A DNA stretch of 64,000 nucleotides from Catajapyx aquilonaris (lineage: Eukaryota), in NCBI GenBank assembly GCA_000934665.2, contig JYFJ02001515.1:1-64000 (forward strand), in the 5' to 3' direction. A model generated the notes under the pieces. It did no database searches, was not told the origin of the DNA, and saw only the letters and a list, made by a program, of their open reading frames with translations. Position 1 is the stretch's first letter. The number at the start of each line of letters is the position of its first letter. The position numbers and the translations under genes were made by a program. Of this stretch, positions 13,003 to 24,151 are shown one piece after another.

Positions 13003-14661
13003 TTAAAAAGTGTTTTTTATTTTGATCAACTAGGGATGTTTGTTCCAGCGACTTTTATGACTATTTTTTTAAATGCAGCCACGGATGAATGATCTCATGC
13101 CATGTGTTTCAAATAGCAATCCCACTGCCAATTTTTTAAACACTTTTCCTTTGTTTATTTAAAAAAATAATATAAAATGGCGAGCGTGAGAGGGAGTGCT
13201 AACGTGTGTTTCAGGAAATTTTTGGGGGTGAGCTTTGGATGTTCACTATGGTTTGGATGTAACTCAAAAACGGCTCACAAGTGCAATTGAGATTTTTTTT
13301 TTTAAGTGTCAGGATAGAAGAAGTGCAGATGGGACATTTTTTTAAAACAAAATATAGCAGGACGCCAAAAATAAGGAACAAATTTTTTTTAATTAGCAAG
13401 AGTGGGTGTTTGTTGCATTTTATTTTTCCGTGACTTGTGAGAAGGTTGGATTGCCAGTTTTACTTTTTTTTACTTGCCATTGTTAATTTCTTTTTAGTGT
13501 TTTTTTTTTNGCGTACTCAACTTTCTCATAAGTTTGCTTGATGTTGCCAAGTGATTTTGTGTACTCATATATATAAAAAAAGCAAAAGCACAAAAAACAA
13601 TTTTTAAAAAAACTAGTAGGTCTTATTTTGTTAAATATCTTTTTTAAAAAAAACCTAACTGTAGATTACAACTATGTAAAAATGAAAAAAAAAAAGAAAT
13701 TGTGTGCTATTTCTGAATTCCTATTGCGGTTACTCTGGCTCAAAACAATTTTATTCGTGGGATGTAAATTTTCTTTTTTTGAAACAAAACTGACAAAAAC
13801 AAAAACGCACTGAATTTTTATTTGCTCAAAAAAGATCAGTAGCTCAAATTTATATTACTGTATTTTCCAAAAAAAAAAAAAAAATTGTTAAAACGTTGTT
13901 ATGTGGTACATAGGTTTTTCTTCATAAGTATAATATGCATGGTTTATTATGCAAACAAAACAAAACAAAAAAATCACAAGAGCACATCAAGTATAATTCA
14001 TTGTTTATTTCTCTCTTTTTTTTTGAGTTCAGTACGCTTCTTATTTGTTTAATTTCCACAGTTTATCTTGCCCCTATATTTTTTTTTATTGTGAGAATGA
14101 GTAGTGTTGATTGAGGAAGTTTTTTTTTCGGGTTCTATCTGCGCAAATTTTTTTTTAATGATTTTTTTATGTCTTTTTTTTTGAGTCTGCGTGGATTTTT
14201 TGAGTAGATGAGTTGGTGACTTGGTTTCTGTTTTCAACCCATATTTATTTCGAGGGTGGGAGTTGAGTACATAATTATTTTTGTACTAGCACCCGTTGAC
14301 GTGCTAGAGTGAAAAACGTGTGTGAAAATTTTTTGAGTATGGTTTTAGAATTAGGTAAAAATAACGGACTGATGTTGAGCGCGTGTGGTGTGTAAAGCAT
14401 AATCGGATTTCTTTTTAAAACAATATTTTGTGGCAATAGGATGTAAATTAATTTTGTCATGCTGGGAAGCACATGTGGTCATAAATAAATTGACATTATG
14501 AGTGATTTTTTTTTTTAAAGTAAGAAAAAAAATGTCGACTGACGACGTACAGGAAATAAATGCGCTTAAAATTTAATTGCGTTCAAATTCCTTTCAACAA
14601 AAAAAAGTACCCCTTTTGTAGATTTTTATCGATTATGATTTTTTTTCAAATTGGGCGCATA

Positions 14662-14669
14662 TGACGTCA
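14662..14669. promoter_or_regulatory. CRE/ATF-type palindrome TGACGTCA ~60 bp upstream of the PGM3 start
   Basis: Exact TGACGTCA; function inferred from position only. Confidence 0.4.
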
Positions 14670-14730
14670 CATATGCACACGATATGGCAACCATGTCCAA
14701 CGTGTTTCGAAATTTGGCAACGTGGCCATA

Positions 14731-16886
14731 ATGGCGGGCATTTTCACGTCAGCTGTTGAACTCTCTCTGGAAAAATATGCTCGAAAAAGCTGCAAGACTA
14801 TTCTCTATGGGACTGCCGGATTCAGAGACACGTGAGAAGGGGTCTTCTAATTACTTCTAATTACATTTAATTGCAATTACTTTCAGTGTTGAAATTTTTT
14901 TAAAAATTATAATTTAAAAAAAAAATAATTTCACAGGGCTGATGTATTGGAGCATGTCATGTACAGGATGGGATTGCTGGCAGTACTTAGGTCAAAGTTC
15001 AAGAAAGGTAATTATATTGTCGCAATCGATCGTACGCGACACATAACAAATTATCTGCAATTATTTCCGTACAGCCGCTGTCGGAGTGATGATAACAGCG
15101 TCGCACAATCCGGAGAAGGACAATGGCGTTAAGATTGTTGATCCCATGGGTGAGATGCTGGAGTCGTCTTGGGAGGAACTTGCGACCGATTTGGCTAACA
15201 TCGAGTGAGATCCGCATTTTAATTTAATATATGTACTTGTTGTCTAATTACGGTTTATTAATCGCAGGGATCATAAGCTGGGACAGTCGTTATCTGATAT
15301 TGCGAAGAGAAATGATATCAACGTTTCCAATCCTGCCTTGATATTCCTTGGACGCGATACGCGGTAAGATTAAAATAATATTTACATGTGTGCGCCAGTA
15401 TCGTACATATCGTGAGAATAATTATTTTGCGTACACAGACGAAGCAGTACCGGCCTTGCAAAAGCCGTCTCGGCTGGAGTTAAAGTCCTCGGAGGTGACT
15501 TGCGCGATTATGGCGTAGTTACGACTCCGATGGTACACTATTTTGTGACTTGCCATAACACAAATGGCGGTTACGGTGTGCCGACCGAAGAAGGGTATTA
15601 CAATAAGATAGTTGGAGCTTTTAATGCGCTCGTTAAGATGGTAAGGTACCTCTCTCGTATAAACATGTATAAAAAATATAATTTTTGATGTATGACGTAG
15701 GAGAGTGTGAATGGTGATTACATGCCGAAAATACAATTTGACGGTGCCAATGGCGTCGGGGCACTCAAAATGAAGGAGATTAGTTCCAGGCTGGATGGCC
15801 ATCTGAATGTAGCCGTTAATAACGATGGATCTTCCGGAGAGCTGAACAATCAAGTAAGCCTTCAATGATAGCGATCGCACTTTCATTAAACAGCAACGAT
15901 TCCTTCCAAGTGTGGCGCTGACTTCGTGAAGGTCAACCAGAAAGGACCGGAAGGAATCAAAAGAGAGCCGGACGCTCGATGCGTGAGCGTAGATGGCGAT
16001 GCGGATCGTGTGATCTATTATTATTACGATAAAGGAGGCGTCTTTCATATGCTGGACGGAGACAAGATTGCGACCCTATGTGCGTAACATGCCAACGTTG
16101 CGCTGTAGTTACACGTACTAATTTCTGCAATTATTTCTAGTTGCCATGTACTTTGGCGATCTGGTCGGAAAGTCTGGTCTGCAGGACCTCAGCCTCGGGA
16201 TAGTTCAAACGGCATATGCAAACGGCAGCTCCACGGACTACATCAAGTCCTTGGGTATACCAGTTTCCTGCGTTTCGACAGGAGTGAAGCATCTGCATCA
16301 CCGTGCCCTCCAGTTTGACATTGGAGTGTACTTTGAAGCCAATGGTCACGGAACTGTTGTGTTCAGTTCCAAAGCTAGAGAAGCTGCCAAGAAGGCTTCT
16401 AACGCTGCGGAATTACAACTAGCGATGGATGTGATCAATCAGACAGTCGGGGACGCATTGGCTGATTTGCTGATGGTCGAGGCCATACTTAAGTTGAAAG
16501 GATGGAGCATAGACGCATGGGATAAAATGTACCAGGATCTTCCAAATCGGCTGGTGAAGGTGATGGTTGCGGACCGAACGGCCATAACGACTAAGGATGC
16601 GGAGAGGGCTGTCGTTACGCCGCAGGGTTTGCAGATGAAGATAGACCAGTTGGTGGGACAGTACGAGCGTGGACGGTCCTTCGTTAGGTGAGCCTGTCGC
16701 CATATTAATTTCGGTAATATATTAGTTACATTTTGCGCTCTTAGGCCATCCGGTACAGAAGATGTGGTTCGAGTGTATGCCGAGGCAGACACGATTGAAA
16801 ATGCAAACATGTTGGCATACCAAGTCGCACTGGCGGTTCATCAGATGGCCAACGGAGTTGGACAACCACCGGTTTGTCCCCAATGA
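14731..16886 (+). CDS. PGM3: Phosphoacetylglucosamine mutase (PGM3/AGM1), 9 exons, 536 aa
   Basis: Exons 14731-14831, 14937-15007, 15075-15204, 15268-15363, 15439-15640, 15701-15853, 15911-16079, 16141-16687, 16745-16886. Motifs YGTAGFR, active-site TASHNP, ANGVG, CGADFVK, metal-binding [41 protein letters not shown]. Confidence 0.97.
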
Positions 16887-18068
16887 AACATTTTTTTCCA
16901 GACATTCCAGTGATAATCAGGTTCTTTGGGTCTCAATAGTGTCCGGGTGGGATGGATCATTATCATTGAATAATTGTTTGGCTGTGGAACGTACACATTT
17001 TGATAACATGGGCTAATGAACATTTAATGAAAAGCTACAAATCCTTTGCTACGTACTACCAATTGTTGTGTGAACGGATGGGATATAAAACTTGTTGACT
17101 ATCATACCGCTACAAAAACTCAAGCCGTTTTTTTGGGGGGATAAAACCAGTGTTTATTACAAACCCTTGGTGTGGAGTGAAATATTGAGATTTACATCAC
17201 TTCACCTATAAACATTATGCCATTTTTTTTTTTGGGATGGCCGTAAACTTTGGCAACAGAATATTACGGCCCACAGGTAACAAGTTGATACAAAAATATA
17301 AAAACTTGTAGATGACGATGACATTTCTTTGAACTCGATCCAATTAGCTGCCTGCTTTTTTCTAGTATAACTGTAACATTGCTTCTAAAAAAATATCAGT
17401 GCTATGTACAACACATCTCGGACGAAACAGTAAAAATATTGCAGGTGATGAAATGCAAACTGGACGGAATTGCGAAAGACCCCAATTTGACGGGGCAGTT
17501 TTGACAAAATTTTAATTAAACAGCGTCCTTAATGTTAAAAAAAAAAGGGCAGTCAAAATATTACAAATTGACATTACATGACACCATGGTAAGGCTGAAT
17601 GCAGGTAAATCGATATTGAGATTATTCACATCACATTCACGCCTCATTCAACATGTATATAAAAGAAAGTAAAAAGCAAGTCTAACGAGAGCAATTAACT
17701 GGGTTCAAAAGGCTATGAGATTTCTTGCTCCCTTACATATTAATACTAGATGTTCTGGAATGCATTGCTTTAAGAAGTACGGAATGTGACACTTGTCTTT
17801 CCAACTATAACCAAAATATTCATTTAGTTGAGAACCCTTAGCAATGACCTTGCTACGTAATCAAATGCTGCCATTCCGCGAGACAATTCGAACAATACTT
17901 GCACTACTGAAAAATACTCTTTGCAACGACATGATTCTGGCGGTAACATTCGGACGGACTCGGCTGCTCTGACGATTGCAGATAAATTCAGTTCACCGCC
18001 ATGTTTCACGCCATCTGGACGGGACATAAGTCACAACATTTTAAACCACTCAAAATAAGTCTCTTTTT

Positions 18069-21000
18069 TTAAAACCTCCCGATCCAAAAGGCAGTAACGG
18101 AAAGGAGCGCAATGGTGAGCAAAGACCCAATGTTGCTGGTGGATCCTGCCCTGCAGTCCACCAACGCCCTCGCCTTAAGAAACTCGGGACCCAGATAATC
18201 CCTGTAGTTACGCTGATTTTCAGGCACAACTTGCAACTTGTTCGTCGCATCTTGAAAAATCAAATCTGCATACGGAGGCGGGGAATAGTATAAACTGAAG
18301 CCAAAGTCGTCTTGATACTTCCGCCCGAAATACTGCTGCGCGTACGTGAGCAGGTTGATATACGCCTGTACTTCTATGTAATTGTATCCTTGCCCACGTG
18401 TTACGACTGCGTTCGCCTTAACAAGGCCTAAATTGCATCTTTCGTAATCGGTTACAGGGGCACGTGTACCGTCACGGCATAGCAGCTCATAATCGCTTGC
18501 CAGAGTGTTACGTGCCCACCATTCCGCCCGTTTCCCATCCGTAATCTCAGACACAGTGGTGTGCTTTACAAACGCAACTTGACCACCTCCTTCGACTAAG
18601 CATCTGAATGCGCCGAGGTATCCGTAGTAATCCTCAGCCGATGAGCGCTGACAGTATCCGCTGCTGGAACCATGACACAGGTCGCACAGGTTGTCATACT
18701 GGCGATCGTAGATGTACTCGCTGTTGACAGCGCCTGGTACACATGCTTTGGTGAAGTACTGCGAGGCGGCCTGCAGCGAATTGCATCCATATCCACGCAT
18801 CCGTCCGTTTGAGAGCAGGTACGCCATAGGCATGACCCAACCGGCACCGTGTTGGATGCCAGTGTGGCAGGTGTTCTTGTCCTTCAAATAGGTGAGGTCA
18901 GTCGACGGATCCCCCAGGAGAGCCACAGCAACTGCGTAGAATTCAGGACGCCCAAGGTTGTACACCTCGGACATTATGGGAATCAGACCGTAGCGGTAGC
19001 CACCGTTGTACACATCGCCAGCATCAAACACGGCCACATCAGCATCACTGCAACATGCGAGAATGGACATTAAAAATTGAATCCAATGAGACCAATTTGA
19101 CAACTCACCCATTGCGGACGGCCTGCATACAGTGCGTCTGGCTGTAACCCTTGTAGCAGGTCATGTCAGGCTTCAACAGCTGCGCCTTCAGAGCATCCTT
19201 CATCTTGACGCATTTCAGCATCTCCGCCTCGGACACGACACAGAGGCTCATGCGGCCAACTGGACATCTGCGTATCCCCATGATGAGGTCTAAGGATGGT
19301 CCCAAATAATCCTTGAATGACTGCTGGGCTTCTGGCAGAGGATTCAAACCGACTGCCGTGTCTTGGAAAAGGAGGTCACGACGTATACCATACTTTGGTA
19401 CAGATTCGAACAAATGGAAGTCGCCTCCTGCAAGGTAGTTGTAATTGGGGTCCGACTGGTGCAATGAAGATGCTTGTGGGTAGTACTGTGGCTGCGACTG
19501 GTTCAGAGAGTACGACTGGGGATAATACGGGTAAGCAGTTGTCGTCGTGAGGCTTGGATTTGTGTCATACGGGTTGAAGTTACGCCTGTCATACTCGAGG
19601 TTACGGTCACTATTACGACGGTCGTAGTCTAAGTTGCGGTCGTTGTTGCGGCGGTCATTCTGATTGTAGTTGGGATTGCTGGAGTTGTAGTACTGGTTGC
19701 GGTTGTAGTTGCGGTCTGAGTCATACTCAGGGTTGCGGTCACGGTCGTAATTGCCTTGGTAATTGCGATCACGGTTTGAGTTTTGTCCCGAGTCGTAAGG
19801 ATTGCGGTCACGATCTGTGTTCTGTCCAGGATTGTTAGGGTTATAAGGACTGTAAGGATTTCTGTCGCGATCTGTGTTCTGTCCTGGATTGTACGGATTT
19901 CTGTCACGATCTGTGTCTAGTCCAGTATTGTAAGGGTTACGGTCACGATCTGTGTTCTGTCCGGGACTGTAAGGATTTCTGTCGCGATCTGTGTTCTGTC
20001 CCGGATTGTATGGATTTCTGTCACGATCTGTGTCTAGTCCAGTATTGTAAGGGTTACGGTCACGGTCTGAGTTTACTCCAGGATTGTACGGATTGCGATC
20101 TGAATCTTGCCCAGGATTATAAGGACTCCGGTCATAGCCTGTTGAATTGTAGGTGGAGTTGGCTCGTCGCACATCCGAATCAAAAGTGCCTCCGAACACT
20201 TGCACAGCCTTTTCCAGGAACTTCTGGTAGCGCAGTCTTAGAGCATATGGCTTTGCGGATGACGTGACAACAGCATGAGCAGGCGATCGACCCCAATTGC
20301 AGTTGCGATATGATTCCAGTGGTGCTCGTGAGCCATCGTCGCATATTAGCTCGAAGTTGGCTCGATTGACACCCTCTGAAAGAAATGGGCCGAAATTATT
20401 GCTGTTGCTCTTTAGCCAAATATCCACAGATACTCACGGAAATCATCACTCCTGGCAAGCATCTCATCGACTGTGTTGTGTCTCAGGAAAGCAATCTGTC
20501 CCTTTTCAACCAGACACCTGAACGCTCCTTCAAACCCAGCGTACGGATCCCTACTGGTGCATCGCTCCGTCGGGCTGTCAGTTCCACAGAGGCGACACAG
20601 TTCATCCGAGTTGTCGCCAAGTGGGTTGTACTTGTCAGTGAGGGAGTTGACGGCACAGCTGATCCCGAAGAAACTAATTGTGGACTTTACGTGATTGTTG
20701 CAGTCAGTGACAGGCATCCACCCTTGGTCCATCAGCTGGGAAATAATCAGGGCTCAGTTAATTAATTAATTACGCAGTGCGTTAAAGAGGCCAACGGCCT
20801 CAATATGTGTTATTATATCAATACATACCTTTTTGATAGGTACGATCCATCCAGCAAGTGTTCCAACCCCTGCGAAACACGCATTAGACCCTCTTAGATC
20901 CCCCAGTGTCCGCATATTTGGCAGCGCATTCTTCTTGGTCACCGCAACCGCGTAGTAAAACGTCTCTCCTCCCTCATACCTCTCCTGCGCAATCGGAATC

Positions 21001-22092
21001 AAACTGTGGTACCTCCCGCCAATAAACATCTCGCCCGGATCAAGCGTAGTCAAATCCGCCTTGTTCTCATCCAAAAAGTCCATACACTCATCCTTGTTGT
21101 ACGCCTGAGTGCAATTAATCTGGAAAGCGCTTAGACTAAACTTCCGCTGGACATCCGCGTTAGTCATGGCCATGGCAAAATCCTGGCACTTTTGAGTCTC
21201 CTGGTAGTTCACCGTACACCAGACCAGGATACGGTTGTCGTCATAGTTCGGATTCCAGTTCCAATCTTGCTCATCGCCATAACCTGAAAAAGAGGGTTCC
21301 ATTTTAGTCTTTACTTTGAACGTTGGAAGGCTCCCAAGTTCTAATGTTCGATAATTATTGGAATGTTCGAATGTTCTAACGTTGTTCGAACGTTGGAATG
21401 TTCCAATGTTCTAATGTTCGAACGTTGGAATGATCGAACATTCAATATAATTATTGGAATGTTTAATGTTCGAACGTTGGAATGTTCGAATGTTCGAATG
21501 TTCTAATGTTCGAACGATCGAATGTTCCAATGTTCGAACGTTGGAATGTTCTCATGTTCGAACGTTGGAATGTTCTAATATCATTCGAACGTTGGAATGA
21601 TCGAATGTTCTAATGTTCGAACGTTGGAATGTTCTAATATCATTCGAACGTTGGAATGATCGAATGTTCCAATGTTCGAACGTTGGAATGTTCTAATATC
21701 ATTCGAACGTTGGAATGCACGAATGTTCTAATATTATTCGAACGTTGGAATGATCGAATGTTCTAATGTTCGAACGTTGGAATGTTCTAATATCATTCGA
21801 ACGTTGGAATGCACGAATGTTCTAATATTATTCGAACGTTGGAATGTTTTAATATCATTCGAACGTTGGAATGCACGAATGTTCTAATATTATTCGAACG
21901 TTGGAAGTCTCGAATGTTCTAATATTTGAACATCGGAATGCTCGAGTGTTCTAATATTCGAACGTTGGAATAATAGAATATTCGATTGTTCTAATGTTCG
22001 AAAGTTCGGTGTGAGTCACTCCCAAGCGTCCTGTACTTACCCCATGCCGTTTGAATGATGGCCAAAACGACGGCAACGGCCAGCCAGTCCAT
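18069..22092 (-). CDS. Tsf2: Melanotransferrin / transferrin 2, bilobed, signal peptide and C-terminal GPI-like signal, 5 exons, 1016 aa
   Basis: Exons 22092-22041, 21283-20829, 20735-20438, 20375-19109, 19047-18069. Signal peptide MDWLAVAVVLAIIQTAWG; transferrin motifs in both lobes (YYAVAV, AGW, LCxLC, GAFRCLVE, ELxCxDGxR, CNxG); hydrophobic tail AGSTSNIGSLLTIALLSVTAFWIGRF. Confidence 0.93.
19770..20135 (-). repeat. Coding tandem repeat, 39-bp/13-aa unit (DRDRNPYNPGQNT-like) with 117-bp higher-order period
   Basis: About 9 NPY/SPY-containing units in the translation; TCCAGTATTGTAAGGGTTACGGTCACG recurs at 19921 and 20038 (117 bp apart). Boundaries approximate. Confidence 0.9.
21316..22005. 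repeat. Satellite of ~8-bp subunits (GAATGTTC / TAATGTTC / GAACGTTG) filling most of melanotransferrin intron 1
   Basis: Dozens of degenerate 8-mers grouped into recurring longer units such as TTCGAACGTTGGAATGTTCTAATATCA. Boundaries approximate. Confidence 0.92.
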
Positions 22093-22521
22093 CTTAGGTC
22101 CTCAGAGCGTCCAAAAACTGGACACACTAATCGGGACAGATGGACAAAAACTGGACAAACAAACAAAAAAACGGGACACCAGATCCACGCCCAGGTGTGT
22201 TCTTACCTCCGCCCCACTACGCCCTGAACTGCCCTAAAACTATCGATTCAAACTAAAATTAATTTTAAAACATAAATACTGCCGCACTGTTTGTAATCCA
22301 ATCAATGTAAATTTAGGACTATTTAATGCTTAAATATGTTGTTTATTGCACGGTACGTCATCTAAAAACGTGCAGTTTACACTATGTAGCAGGTAGCATA
22401 ACGCATGCGCCGATTGCCACTCTGCAGCCTGATTGGTCCGTTGGTATTGTTTTGAATGGATCATGTAAATTTTTAGTCCTTTGGGGCGTGGGTTCGAACG
22501 CGCCCCGGATTCCGATCAAAG
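22093..22521. promoter_or_regulatory. Probable bidirectional promoter shared by melanotransferrin (-) and TMEM129 (+)
   Basis: Start codons are head-to-head, 430 bp apart; GC box CCTCCGCCCC (~22207), CCAAT (~22298), ATTGG (~22432), YY1-like AAGATGGCG over the TMEM129 ATG. Confidence 0.6.
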
Positions 22522-23907
22522 ATGGCGGGTCCCGAAGTGTACTTCACTCTTTTCTACGTGTTGCTCTCTCTTTGCGTGGTTTTCCCACCGACCGAGTTCG
22601 TCTCGGCGGGTCTGACTGTGCACAACCTGCTGTCCAGATGGATACCCAGCGAGGACCTGGAGTTCGTGCACCACCACATCAGGAGGACGGCCGCGAATGT
22701 GTTTGTCCACTCTTGCATTCCGGCTGGTGAGACGTGGCCCTTTTGTTTAGGATTTAATGGAATATTTGCCACGTAAGAAGATCATGACCGCAATTGTTCG
22801 AAAAAATAATAATTGGCAGATAGTAAAAAATGCATATTGCAGCAATATGCAATGGTTGAAGGTCATACCGATAATTGCGCACGATTTGAAACGTTGCGAA
22901 CGACACAACAATTTAATTAATATCGTACATAACCTGTACTTATTATTTTCAGGATATGTGTTCGGCTTGTGGTATAGCGATCCACGGAATTTTGCGCATG
23001 ACTTCAGCAATTCCGGACCGTTGTGGCATCTGTTCTGTAGCGTTTGTCTTCTTCTGCCGGTGCTGGGAGCTTCAGTGACCTTTTACTGGTACTATGACGG
23101 TTGGCAGAATCATCCGATCTGCCAGGCGCTTGCTTCGTTTTCGCCGGACCGCTTGTGGGGAGCAATTGCGCTGGATATCAACAGGGAATTCCGCCGGATT
23201 GATAAGATCTGTATCCGGACTGGGACAGTAAGTCGTGTCGTTGCGACTGACAATTGGGTCATGAAGGTCGCACCATATGGGTTGAAAGTTGCGCATCAGA
23301 GCGATGTTGCGCTTGTGCTTGTCAGCAGCGATCACCATCAGGTATCCATTGAAACCCCTGGTCGCACCCAGTTTCTCAATATCGAGGTGAAGAGTGCAAG
23401 ATCAGACACATTCCGCATCCGGGTCAATTCGCTCGATCTTAAAGACTTGCAGGATAAGATTCACCGACCTATAGCCAACATCGGGAACATACGAATTGAG
23501 CGATCACTTGCGGACCGATTTCTAGAAGCATTCAAGGAGCTCGTTTATGATAACGAGCATGTTCTGCTGAGGGATGAGGAGGAGTTGGAGCCTTGCATTG
23601 GATGCATGCAGAATACGGCCAACGTTAAGCTGTTCAGATGCTGCGGATCCGACGGAAGGGCTGGGTCATGTGTCGCTTGCTATTGCAGGCCCATGTGGTG
23701 CCTGGATTGCATGGGAAAGTGGTAAGGACTCGTCAGTGCAGATGCCGCAGTATGAATTAACATGTACGTTGCATCTCTTTCAGGTTTGCATCCAGACAGG
23801 ACCAAAACCGCCCTGATACGTGGCTCGGCTCAAAATGCCCATGCCCAACATGCCGAAGCCTTTTTTGTGTTCTCGACGTGTGCCTTATCGACAGGAGAGA
23901 AGAATAA
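22522..23907 (+). CDS. TMEM129: TMEM129 ER-membrane E3 ubiquitin ligase with atypical C4C4 RING, 3 exons, 365 aa
   Basis: Exons 22522-22726, 22953-23721, 23784-23907. N-terminus FTLFY..CVVFPPTEFVSAGLTV..FVHHHIRRT; INREFRRIDK; VVATDNWVMKV; RING CIGCMQ..CYCRPMWCLDCMGKWFASRQD..CPCPTCRSLFCVLDVC. Confidence 0.96.
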
Positions 23908-24151
23908 AAAAAAAATGACAACTTGTACATATGGCATGAGATGAAAATCAATTTTTTTTGAGTTACTGAACATCAACAATTCTCCATTTTTATTTTATAC
24001 AAAGTTTACACCAGCCTGTGGAGATACACAAATAGTTGGGACTGGGGGGGAGGGGATTATTATAAGGAATCATCGCTTCAAGAATATTACAACAGAAGAT
24101 GATGTGACAACATAACATTTCCCCCCCCCTTTTCCATTTTGTGACTCACTG

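Noticed and set aside
15422..16048. 208-aa minus-strand ORF
   Set aside because: Antisense shadow of PGM3 exons; no recognisable motifs.
22470..22520. tRNA gene suggested by GGTTCGAA
   Set aside because: No cloverleaf, A-box or acceptor stem; only a single hairpin.
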